This document shows positions 50,297 through 62,389 of a stretch of 64,000 nucleotides of DNA, one piece after another. The notes below the pieces were generated by a model. It did no database searches. It saw nothing but the letters and a program-made list of their open reading frames with translations, and was not told the origin of the DNA. The position numbers and the translations under genes are program-made. The first letter of the stretch is position 1. Each line of letters opens with the position of its first letter. Source of the DNA: Cirrosporium novae-zelandiae (lineage: Eukaryota). Location of the stretch: assembly GCA_026023565.1 (NCBI GenBank), contig JAPETS010000014.1:124001-188000 (forward strand), in the 5' to 3' direction.

Positions 50297-52127
50297 GTTC
50301 GCTGGGATTGGGGGAACTAAAGTGAAAGAAAGAGGTCCAGCCTGTTAAGATATCTATATACTGGTTAAATGTTCTGTATTTTAAGTCATCACAAAACGTG
50401 GATAAATTGGCTTAAGATGTTCTCCATCGGGACGATGCAATAAAGGATTGGAGGCAAACTCTTTATATCAATTAACTGTGTTGGAACCTCGTTTCCTAGC
50501 CCCTTAGCTCCGAGCACTCTGAAGCTGCTCCAAAACAGTGCCTAAGAGTTGAGCAAGCCTGACTGTTGCCATTGATTATGCAATTGAAAAATAATAATTC
50601 ACTTCTGGAGTGCTTCTGCAAGTTTCCTAGATTGGCTAACTCTCATGACCCGGAAATCAAATCCTACCCTTTAATTCTTCATTCACTTCATCATATGCAT
50701 ATATACTCTCTCCAAGAGCCAGTGATATTCTCAATTGAAGACCCTCGGTAGTCATCCTACAGTCCTCTGTCCATGTCAAATTCTCAGCCACATGCCACAG
50801 CTCTTAGGAATTTCTTTCCTATTCGTCTTTCTTCACGCACCATTTTGTCAACTCTTGATGTGTATTTATTTTAGTATTCCCGTCTTTCAGTGAATTATTG
50901 AAGTATCCTTTTAGATGGTGAGGTACTGCAATTGCGATTAAAAGATGAAGCTTCAGAGTGATTGAGGGTCATGCTTCTATAACCAGTTTTCAAGATCGGT
51001 ATATACCACTCAAATAACTGTCATTCAAAGACATGGTAGATCCTCATACCCCCAGCTCTACTTATCTGCATTCCTTCGTCCATTTCCTATCTTTAGGCCA
51101 TAATAGCTTTGCGACAGCCCATAGCAAATTGAACCAAACAATTAGGAGTAGTCGCATATTGGTCTACCTCTGGTGTACTGGTACAGCTATTCTGAGAGTC
51201 ATTGATGCTCGAGAGATCTATTCTTAAATCAAAGCAGAAGATTCTGATATCATTCAGCCTATGCTTGCAGGGATGGATACTTATGTACTGTACTGTACAT
51301 GACTTCAAAGTGTTTCAATGCCTCAGGCATAGAAATTATGTGACCACGCGTCCAGTTTGTGCTCGCGCCCCCTATATGTTTACCGCTCGTCCGTAGATTG
51401 AATGAACAACTACCTATGCTGAATTGTCCCTCCAATAAGGAGAATTGAAATGCAACAGCCTGACTAATCTCTGCACTCTGTGTTCGAAAGCAGGCCTGTT
51501 CATAATGAGGGATCTAAAAGATTAAGCCTATATTAATCTTAGGACTTGTTGAAACAAATTACAATAATAATGAACCCCTTTTGACGGATAGAAATGAAAG
51601 TGACCAGCCCCAAAAGTGGAACGAGAAAAGTGATCCTGGGAGGCCTTCAAAGAAAACCAGTTTTCAACAACAATTCAAATTTAAAGACTTCCCCAAAACC
51701 TGAAGGACAAAAGTTAATTGCAAATATATAAAAATTGATCTTGTTTGAAAGCTTCCCTAAGGTTACTTTTTCTAGGTTCGTTTTCCGGGTCTGGTCGCTT
51801 TCATTTCTAGCCGTTGAAAGTAGACCAATTATTAATACAATGCTGTTAGGAAAGAATTATTTACAGGCTTTCAACATTGTCGTCGTTAATAAAGTACCTA
51901 CCTAAGTAGAGTAGAAGGCTAAGCTTACTTGATCTTACTTGTAATTCAACCTTGCTTTTCCGCCGATGCCGTTATCGCAGGGGCGGGGTGGTGGGGCCTA
52001 TCTAAGATAACAAATGGGAGCTCCATAATTGCGCAATACGGAGAGCGGGCATATCTTTCCCCCACCCTCGAACAGTAAATTACTCAGTTTCCTCTGCCCT
52101 CAATTGATAAAAAAAATCTCACCTCAT

Positions 52128-53122
52128 ATGCAAATTCTACGGTCTTGTCGACATTTCTTAACTACTAAAACTTCCACATTTACATCCCGCAGAATACTAT
52201 CAACTTACCCTGTATCTAATAAGATCTTCAACTCCGGTTTTCGGCGCACCATGGCTACAGCAATGGGTAAGCGCCTTGAAGGCAAGACAGTTGTGATTAC
52301 AGGCGCTTCCTCGGGCATTGGACGGAGCACAGCTTTAGAATTTGCCCGAACATCTCCCAAGAACCTCAAACTTGTTCTTACTGCACGTCGATTCGATACC
52401 TTGAAGCAGATCGCTGAGGATATCAAGAAGGAGTTCGGTGATGGTGTCAAGGTTCTGCCTGTAAAACTCGACGTGAGCAATCCGAGTGAGATCCGAGGTT
52501 TCGTGGATAGCCTGCCTGAGGAATTCAAAGAGATCGATGTTCTAGTGAACAACGCGTACGTATCGAATTATCTTCTTTCGAGCGCCTAGGCAGCTGATTT
52601 TCCCTTTTTTGTAGCGGTCTCGTCAAAGGTGTAGCCAGGGCTCCTGAAATTGCCGAGGAGGACCTCAACATCATGTTCCAAACGAATGTCACCGGCCTTA
52701 TCAATATGACTCAAGCCGTCCTTCCAGTATTCAAAAAGCGCCCCGATGGTGGCAAGGGGGACATTATCAATATCGGTAGCATAGCAGGACGTGAACCTTA
52801 CGCAGGGGGCAGCATATACTGTGCTACTAAGGCCGCTATTAGGAGCTTTACAAATTCGTTAAGGAAGGAATTGGTTGCAACAAGAATAAGAATTATTGAA
52901 GTTGATCCGGGGCAGGTCGAAACGGAGTTTTCGGTCGTACGATTCTATGGGGACAAAGCTAAGGCTGATGCCGTTTATACTGGGTGTGAACCGCTCACGC
53001 CTGATGATATTGCGGAGGTTATCGTCTTTGCTGCTGGGCGACGGGAGAACGTGATTATCGCAGACACGTTGGTTTTCCCGAACCACCAGGCCGCTGCTAC
53101 AGTCATGCATAAGAAATCATGA
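52128..53122 (+). CDS. NADP-dependent short-chain 3-hydroxy acid dehydrogenase (YdfG/YMR226C-like); 2 exons
   Basis: ITGASSGIG, LVNNA|GLVKG (intron 52556-52614), NIGSIAG, YCATK, PGQVETEFS and PLTPDDIAE. Confidence 0.92.
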
Positions 53123-54404
53123 GAATATTAAGGGTATAGATAATTAAGGTTCTTGGCACGCGGGGAAGCAGTGCAGGAAGGAGAGCCATAGGTAAATATG
53201 AAATAACCATTTGGGGCCTCTTATTATATGTAGACTCTATAAAACAACTTGAATATACACAGGCTTAACTACAAGGTACCTCCCTGCAGAGTACATCGAT
53301 GATAAAGGTATGCCATCCATAGTTTAAGCCAAGAGTCATCCTGTCTATAATTTGGTGTTTGATATTCAAATCTGAAATACCAAGTCGAAGAAAAGAAGTT
53401 TATTGTCTTGCCAGACAATGTAATAGCCTTCCAGGGTGATTGACGTTGGATGTTTCGTGGAAGTTCGTCGGTAGGTTTTTCCATTGAGTCTTAGGATATT
53501 ATTGCAGGTACTAAAGATCTTCATTAATGTCAGCTTCTGGAAAAGCAGGAATCTTCGTGTGACAGGTTAGAGCTCTAGCACATTGCGCCAAGTGGTGACA
53601 TTGAGACAACTATTTAAATGAATAGAGAATATTATAGCCTTCTTCTGTTTTTAAACGAAAAGAAGAGAATCTGAAAACAACTTTGAGGTATTGTGGGTAA
53701 CCTATTCCAATACTTAATCTTTCTGGTCTACCTCAAATTATTCAGCGATCTGTTGTTGTTGTTGGAAGATTTAATAATAGATATCAACCTGCGCAAGTCA
53801 GTGGAGAAGGTGGACAGATATTAGCGTGACAGGAACAGTATATTATTTGCAAAAAGAAAAGGGGACTTAGTAATAGAGCTTGTTATCTGTTGAGTGGGTG
53901 ATCATGTGAAAGCGGATAGGCAAGGAAAGGAGGAACTATGGATCAGAAAAAAAAGAGGAAAGGTGCCTTTGAAGTTTATGCCTACTTTTGTTTGCAATCA
54001 GTAGGTGGGTAGATTGAGAGTTACTATTGTCATAGTCATAGTCGTTAGGGAAATACATCAAATGTGGGGGAGTATTGGGTAACACAAGATATTAATCATG
54101 GGAGAAGAAAAGGAGATGTGATTCTTAGGTCATTCCGTCATAACAATGATAATTAGTGGAGGTTCACCACAACCATTATATATTTATACCCTTGCCTAAG
54201 TACATAGCAAGATGTACCTTTGATTCTTTGTACAGTACAGTTATAAATATAAATCAGTGTTGAGGTTAAGATAAAGAAAATAAAGTCATAGCTTTAAGCG
54301 TAAATTCTGTTCTGTCTGGTTCTGGTAACAGTATAGTAGATGTAATAGAAATTCAATCCCTGTACTAGTTCACTAGATGGTTGATATCTATATTGGCATA
54401 TCCC

Positions 54405-57351
54405 TCAAAAGCTGAGCTTCGCAGTCAGCTTTTGTGTCATGGGCAAATCAGTCTTCACGCCAAGAATCTTTGTTGCTGAATTATAGGTATAATTCAATGA
54501 GCTATACGAGCTGCCTCCATTCACAAGCACCTGCTTGGGGGCAGATTGGATGCCAAGGAATGTAATATTACTCAGTTGAACATTAGGGTCATAGTCAAAT
54601 TGACCATCCATAGTGAATAGATTATTCACAAATGTGAAAGTGATAAGGGATGTCTCTGGCTGTTCGATCGCATCACCTTCGTCAAGATAAAGTTCCCCCT
54701 TCGCAGTACCGTTAGACCCGAGAGGGACCAGAACCACAAAGTCTTTCTTGCGAAGTTCTGTGGTGGTATTTGCTCCTTCAGCTCTCATTGGAATAATAAC
54801 TCCTCCCCGATAGTGCAATGGAATATCAGTCCAGCTTTGGTCTTTTATTGTAATACTTGCCCCTGTTCCTTGTACTTTTTCATAGGTCCACAGATTGTAG
54901 AAAGTATCATTTGGAAAGTAAACATCGACTTGGGTGCTGTTCTCCTCTATAACAGGGGAGACTAGAACTCCTGGACCATAGAAATATTGCATGTCAAGTG
55001 CAAAAGTATTGGAATCCTCAGGATAAATGTAAAACATAGGGTTCAATAATGGGGTACCATCAACGGACTGGCGCCACATCGCAGTATAAATGTAATCCAG
55101 TAATCGGTAACGCAAATCGACTATCTTTCGTGCTGCAGTTGCGACCGATTCCCAGCGATAGAACTCTTGTCCAATGGTGCCAGACTCGGCATGATTTCGA
55201 TAGAAAGGACTGAAAGCACCTAGGGTTGCCCATCTTGCACAAAGCTGTTCCGTAGTATTCATACCAAACCCACAAACATCGCTTCCTACCATGGCAACTT
55301 GGTATATTGAGGCCATCCCTAGGAGTGTAGGCATGGAGGCCCGATATTTATCCCAAGTACTAAGATTGTCTCCAAGCCACTTGCCCACCTTCGCCCCTGC
55401 TCCAGCAAAAGTACTCCGAGTAATAACCAACGGTCTTCGCCCAGGACGCCGTTTAAGCATTGCTTCTCTGCTTTGAGTACTCATCATCATACCATAGATA
55501 TTATGAGTATCATACATTACTAATCCATTTTGATGTACAACGTTGGTATTAACGGTATGATTAGACAATCCACCAGCGGGACCATCACCAGCAGCATTAT
55601 TAATAGAGTAAGGTGGAATAAGTAAATTGCGGTTAGGTAGACCCATCATTTGTCCGTTCTGTCTTTTCAATTTTGATGATCCCGTTGCGGCTGGCTGGAA
55701 TGCGGAGGGAAACCCAGGTATCGACACTGTTGGAGAACGAACTGGAGGTGGGGTAGGTGGGTACCCTTTCTCGGATGCCTGCTCCTCAGGATTATCACAA
55801 GGGTAGTCGCAAGCAAAATTAGATGGTTCATTCATATCGATCCATAAACCATCTACATCGACCCCAGTGTCGGGGTCAAAAAACACCTGGAATTCGTTGT
55901 CCCAGTACATGGAGATATTTTGATGAAACCAGTCAGGAAAGACTGTTACGCCCGGCCATACAACACCTGATTTATTCATTATAGTTAGGAACTAGGGCGT
56001 AACCAGGGCCAAATATACGAGATACGCTTACCTCTAAACACAGTCCCATTCGGCCTCTTTACCCAAATATCATCAGCTGTTCCACGATTGTACGGTGGAT
56101 AATCGGTATGGGCAACAGCGGGATCTACCATCAATATATAATGTTGTTGATGGGAATGAAGATAGTGCACAATATCTTGCATTCGAGCAAGCGGAAAGCG
56201 TAATGGGTCTAGGCTGAAAACGCGTCGCCTAACCAGCATTTAGTAAGAGATCAAAAAACTAGAGCAGAGGCATCCTTACAGGTTCATGTAGTCAATATCA
56301 GTCCACATGGTCTCGAGCGGGATATTCGATAGACTATAGTTTGCAATAACCTCTGCCACTGCCAGATAATCCTGATAGCCATATTTGCACTGGTGGAACT
56401 GCGGCATAATTAGTATGTTTTATAACCAGAAAATCTGATTTATTACGCACCCCAAACCCCCAATATGGCATCATAGCAACCTTCCCAGCTACTTCGCTAT
56501 ACTGTTTCATAACATCTATGGGGGAGGGACCGGCCATAAAATAGAGATCCACTATTCCCCCAATAGTATTATATTCAAGATACTGCCCATCCTTAGCAGT
56601 ATTATTGATTTTGATATCCATTCCGTTTGAATTAAGAAGAAACACTCCATGGGCACCATCTTTTCCCCGGTGGTCCAGGTAGACCGGATGATTTCCGTAG
56701 AGGTTCTCTCCAGTGGGTATCCCGTAGGCATCTCGAGACCATAACGTACGTGTGGAATTAGTGATATTCAAACGTAATGGATCAGAATGCTCTCCTAGAC
56801 CATAAAGATATGGATTTGAGGGCAATGACGTCCTCAATCTAATATATTGTGACTCGAATATTAGACTTGCAACGGAGGTATCAAATAAGACTTCTTCGCT
56901 CGACTTGCGCACGATCTGGAACGAAAAGGGAGAATTTTTATGCACATATTGAATAACACAGTGGTCTGGATCCACTGACTGATTGCTAGTGGGTCGAGGG
57001 AAAACGGATTCCGGAACTTGGTATACCACTTTGTCAACGTCTGAGATTTGAACGTGTATCCGAGCACCTTCAATTATTAGTAAATTACCCCAATACTATT
57101 ATGTTAGACATACTCGATTCATAGGTAACTTCCAATTGAAGTTTATCCAAGTCGGTACCATAGGCATTGCAAGCGGGCCCTGCAAGCGCCAAAGATGCTG
57201 TCAGTTTCCCCCCAACCTTTGTAACATTTGACGCGGTATAACCAGGACACTCGGCGAGTGATCCGTTTGTGTGGGGAATTAAGAATGCCTCAAGTGAAGT
57301 AAAAGAAATAAGAAGAAGGAAAAGAGTGAATAAATTAGAGAAGCCCAGCAT
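54405..57351 (-). CDS. Secreted GH31 alpha-glucosidase; 5 exons
   Basis: Signal peptide, [34 protein letters not shown], catalytic [22 protein letters not shown] and PFYRNH. Confidence 0.96.
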
Positions 57352-58389
57352 TGTGTCCCAATGTGTCCAACTCTGGAAAATATACGAGTTCAATTGAGGA
57401 AGACTTAAGTTGGCAGAGCCAGCCACTTATGAGCTTTCGAGGAAACTGCCAAGGGAAGGTCCCACTCTAGGTGCGCATGTACAATATGCGACTGAAACTG
57501 AGGAGAGGGTTCGCCTTCAAAAGGCTCACAGGGTTTGGACTCCGTTTAAATCCTTCTCAGACGATAACAGGAGGGTTTCCGAAGGGCGGTATTGCTGAAG
57601 CGAGGATATGACGCAAAAAATGAATCTCCTAGCAGGATGGGAACTTGTTCCAATAAAACAAAGGTATTCGGTATGAATATCGGGCATTGATTTTCCTTAG
57701 TTGGCAAAGGGTCTCATTATTGTGCTTGTATTGTGCCTACATGACTGTAAGCAATAAACTGGGAAGAACGTTGAGTAAATGAAATGGCTGGTGACTAAAG
57801 TTCACTTTTGGGAAAAGTAAACAATCCAGTATGTCACGAGCTGGAGAAGTTGGGGAACACAAGGTGAAGTTGGGGGGGAAGTGGATGCAACAGTAACCAG
57901 TGCCCACAATTCTAGGATCGTTGGTACTGTAAGCCCTTGCGGGGTTGATATCATGTATCAGGTAATCACTCTTGTTATTGTCAGTTGCCAAGTTGTTGCT
58001 GGTTGTCCCTTGATGATCTTTCAGACCAAGAGGAAGACTTTAACGAGCCATGATTCGATGTCCTTTTAGCGACACGTAGTTGGTAGATCAATCAATCCGA
58101 CAGCCGAGCAAGGATTACTAAGGGGGGCTGTGGGGAGAAGATGCTTCAAAACATTTTAAAACAGTTTCACCCGATGCCCATGCTTTAAAGTATGTTGAAA
58201 GTAGGAAGAATTCGCAAATTTGATTAAATGGGGATGGGTGGGGGATTAGAAAGGGATATATATATTTTCAAAACAGAGGAATGAAAAAAAGCAAATGCTC
58301 AAATGTTCAAACGCCTCAAGCTGCCTTATTTTCTAGGCTGCTACCTAGGTAATTAGCATTCGGTCTTTTTTTTTTCCTTTTCCTCTTTC

Positions 58390-58427
58390 TCTCTCTCTCG
58401 GTCTCTCGGTCTCTCGGTCTCTCGGTC
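58390..58427 (+). repeat. (CT)n grading into (TCTCTCGG)n tandem repeat
   Basis: ctctctctctcgg tctctcgg tctctcgg tctctcgg seen directly. Confidence 0.85.
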
Positions 58428-59203
58428 GCCTTGGCAATCTCTTTCCTTCGGACTTGCCGTTATCTACCTCCACTGCTTTCTAAAAATCAGAAGAAACTTC
58501 AAAAGTCACGATATCATCCTAATTACATGTCACTATTTTCTACTCGAACTCAATTCAATTATTCAGTTCTTCCCAAGTTTCTCGATCCGAACAAAATTAA
58601 GTCCAATCATGCTTAGATCTAAGCTTTTCAGGGGTTAACCAACTGGGTCTAACTCACTCATTCTAGCCCATCTCTTCGTATTGATTTAACTAGGACCGAC
58701 ACCTAAATCTCAGCTAATTCTTTCTCGACCAGGCCATAAAGAAACCTTACACTCTTTTCAGTAATTTTTTCATCTCAAATCCCTATAGTTTATCATACTG
58801 ACCAGATCTACCAGAGTTTATGTCTAGCTATGACTCCACACTCCCTGTGGTCTTGTACTAATCTTCAGGTTGACACCATAACAGGTATAGGAATGTTTCT
58901 AGGCAATGGCCTTTTGGTTATTCTATCCCAAAGTTAACTGCAACTTCAAGTAAATTCGAGTCAGAGGCGTTTTTCAACACCCTGTCGTGATTACATACTA
59001 TCCTTGCAGCCGTGATTCTGGTTCTTAAGGGGCATGCCGTGTGCTCAAGCCTCCTCGGTCCGTTGAAGATACATTCCTGAAACCAGTCACAATGTTAAAG
59101 ATTCCTTGAGAGATCCTTTTTCTACCTTCTTTGCTCCAAACGACGACGACGCTCTTTTCTCTTCTCTATTTCATTACCATCTAATTCCAGCTCATTAGGA
59201 ATC

Positions 59204-60907
59204 ATGCTTATTTCTTTCGTGTCCACCCCCCTTCGATTCATCCCCACCACTCTTTGCATACTGGGTGCCATTCTTTGTTTTTTTCAATTACTAGATCCAC
59301 TTCGAATAGCAAGTTATCTTCCCGAAAAGGCTCCTCCCCCCCCAGACCCCATACTGAAGGCATTACCCTCATCCACGCCGTTCCCTCGGAAAATATGGCA
59401 AACCTCGAAACTTCCATTCACCTCCTGGGATGAAAGCGATAGAGAAGTCATCAAAACATGGACTAAGACTAATCCCAGATGGCGCCACGAGACTCTCACG
59501 AGCGACAGCTCGGAGACTTATGTCCGAGAGAAGTTTGCCCACAGACCAGAGATCAAAGACGTCTTCGAGGATATCCATGATCCAATCCTACGTGCTGATT
59601 TGATTCGCTATCTCGTGCTCTTGGCAGATGGGGGGGTGTACGCCGATATCGACGTCAAACTCCTCAAGCCGATTGACTATTGGATCCCTTCCGAATTTCA
59701 TGATCAAACTAATCTTCTTGTCGGTGTCGAATATGATGTATTAGATGGAGGCCGCTGGGGTGATTGGGTATCAGATTTGTCCTTTGCAACTTGGACAATA
59801 ATGGCAAAGCCGGGACACCCAGCCTTGGAAACGACTGTCCACAACGTTATCGAAAGCCTCAAGGGCCTAGCAATGCGCCAAGATGTCCCTCTATCCATGG
59901 TTAAGGCTTCGTATTTCGATGTCCTCAACACTACGGGCCCCAACATCTTTACTGACGCTGTCTTCGAGCATCTGGCCAAAGCAACCGCCACAAATTTTAA
60001 CTACTCAAATATCACGAACCTTACAGAGCCGCGACTAGTCGAAGACGTCCTTATTCTTCCCATCACAGGCTTTGGTGCCGGGCAACAGCACTCCAACTCC
60101 CGACGCCCGGAGAGCAATTCTGCCTTAGTGCAGCATATGTTCAAGGGTTCCTGGAAAGGTGATCATTCCATGGAAAGCGAGGAGGACAAGAAGAAAGAAG
60201 AGGAAGAAAAGAAGAAGGAAGAGGAAGAAAAGAAGAAAGAAGAGGAAGAAAAGAAGAAAGAAGAGGAAGAGAAGAAGAAGGAAGAAGAAGAAAGGAAGAA
60301 GGAGGAGGAGGAAGAACGGAAGAAGGAAGAAGAACAGAAGAGAAAAAAGGAAGAGGAAAAAATAAAGCAAGAAGTAGAGAATCTAAAGCAAGCCGAGGAG
60401 CAAAGGAAGAAAGGAGAAGGGTCCAAGAGCCAACAAGAAGAGCAGAAAAAGCAAGATGAACAGGTGAGGAGATTTGGAGAAGAACAAAAAAAGCAGGAAG
60501 AAGACACACAACGACATCAACAAGATATTGAAACCTCGCAAGTATCGGACAGCATTTCGCCAGTTCCAAGCAGCCCAGCCAACTTCCTAATAAACGTATC
60601 TTCAAATCCCGTAATCTCTCCCAAGCAATCAACAAACCTAGATGCTATGACTGTTGACGAAGATGAAGAGTTGTGGACACTATCGCACGGATCCCTTCCA
60701 CTGACTCCTCCTAAAATCGTCCAAGAAACCGGAAGCAATTCCCCAACCCCATCAGCCATTCAACCTGACGATTTCCATCCGGACAGCGCCCTCACTGAAG
60801 GCTGGCTGGGACCCAATGTCGTGCCTCCCAAGCCAACCGCATCGCCTTCAAATTCAAACACAGCTAGTTCAATACAACCTTGGTTCGATAACAATGAAGT
60901 TCGTTAG
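59204..60907 (+). CDS. GT32 alpha-1,6-mannosyltransferase-like protein (OCH1 family) with a charged C-terminal extension
   Basis: N-terminal signal anchor, FPRKIWQT, RADLIRYLVL..GGVYADID (DxD motif), AKPGHP, TTGP and HMFKGSWK. Confidence 0.9.
   Translation: MLISFVSTPLRFIPTTLCILGAILCFFQLLDPLRIASYLPEKAPPPPDPILKALPSSTPFPRKIWQTSKLPFTSWDESDREVIKTWTKTNPRWRHETLTSDSSETYVREKFAHRPEIKDVFEDIHDPILRADLIRYLVLLADGGVYADIDVKLLKPIDYWIPSEFHDQTNLLVGVEYDVLDGGRWGDWVSDLSFATWTIMAKPGHPALETTVHNVIESLKGLAMRQDVPLSMVKASYFDVLNTTGPNIFTDAVFEHLAKATATNFNYSNITNLTEPRLVEDVLILPITGFGAGQQHSNSRRPESNSALVQHMFKGSWKGDHSMESEEDKKKEEEEKKKEEEEKKKEEEEKKKEEEEKKKEEEERKKEEEEERKKEEEQKRKKEEEKIKQEVENLKQAEEQRKKGEGSKSQQEEQKKQDEQVRRFGEEQKKQEEDTQRHQQDIETSQVSDSISPVPSSPANFLINVSSNPVISPKQSTNLDAMTVDEDEELWTLSHGSLPLTPPKIVQETGSNSPTPSAIQPDDFHPDSALTEGWLGPNVVPPKPTASPSNSNTASSIQPWFDNNEVR
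60178..60362 (+). repeat. 21-bp coding tandem repeat encoding (EEEEKKK)n
   Basis: gaagaggaagaaaagaagaaa-type units, about 8 including degenerate copies. Confidence 0.95.
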
Positions 60908-62389
60908 GTAGACTTACATCTGTCAAGGATAAGCGGAGGGTGGAGTTTTTAGATTATGAAGTATGGTGATTATCGAATAAATATGCAGAGTTAATCAATA
61001 ATCTCTTATAATTGATATATGAAATTGAAAACTCAAAGTCCATTTGACCTGATCCTTGCAATTTTAATACCATATTTCTTTTGAATCATGGCGTTCTCGA
61101 TTGTATTACAGTCCTTTGTCAGAGATCGTCAAATGTGGTCATTTCGATGTAATCACACACAGCCACTGTCCTACTGATAGTATAATTTGTTGGTAAATGC
61201 ATCACAGCATTCTCGATCATCCACTATCCATACCTACAATGTAGAGATCTCGTACCACTTCCATGAACTAGAACAAGCCGGTAATACCAATGACTGTTTT
61301 GATCCATCACTAATAACCAGCGGGCTGGTGCTGCCAAAACCCTCTAGGAGGCCTTTGAGAAACTAGGTGAAAATATCTGTGTGATGCAAGCGTCGGTTGA
61401 GATCCCCACTATGAAGACCGTCACAGCCGAATTTGTCCTTCCTTCACATCAAATCGCTTACCCTTCTACATTATGTAGTCGATACCGGGTTATACTACTT
61501 GGGTAGCACAGCTTAACTGGGTAAACCCTTCATCCGACAAAGGCCCCGCATAAAGAAAGTAGACGGAAGGCAGCGTGTATGCCTTTGCTGCGAGTCTAAA
61601 TAGATAAAACACGCCCCCCCACCAGCAAATAAGGGTCATGGATCATGTGAACTAGATATCAGTGAGGATGGTCATGAACAATAGCAGGTATTCATCTAGT
61701 TCCATAACCCTAGGGACATGATAGAAGTAATGAAATTTGGGCGAGAACAAGCTTAACGCTCTCATTCAAGAGTTTAATTAATTGTAATAATCCGATTTAT
61801 CGGATATTCTCAGAATCCACTAACTAGCTCCATCAGTTTGTGTTCAGCGCAGGGGAGGGGAGGTATTTAGACTGCATTAGACTAGGATATATTTTTCCTC
61901 CTTCCGCGGCAAATTATAGATAGATTAATTTAATAATTATCTCATCATTGGAATCCTGAAATGCCGAAGCACATAGCTATTGGATTAATCAAATATCTAA
62001 GATTTCAAATGATATATCTGCATGGTAAGGCCCTGTAAAGCAAAGAGGAGTAAAGATGAAGTTGCTGGCATGGAAAGGTTTATAATATAAAGGGCTCTGG
62101 TTTAGGTGCTATCTGCCGATTTGTGACACTGAATGAGGATAGCGAGCCGTCTTCTTTCGGTTACCGTAATTCAATACCCGCAGCCCACACGAACACACAA
62201 GTTTAATCATCCATGATGAGCTGCATTCTGTGACATTCTACCCCATTTATCAATCTTTGATTACTTCAACGTTGTACAATCATTTTTACCTAGAAATTTG
62301 CTAGTATATTTATAATTCATCATTATATTCAATGGATGCTCACTCATATCAAGAAATTCATCCACAACAACAGCAGAAAAATACTCGTA

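Noticed and set aside
53269..53484. 71-aa minus-strand ORF with an ATG start
   Set aside because: Short, with no recognisable motif or supporting exon structure.
57540..57685. AmyR-like CGG pairs upstream of the GH31 gene
   Set aside because: Spacers are 7 and 9 nt, not the CGG-N8-(C/A)GG consensus.
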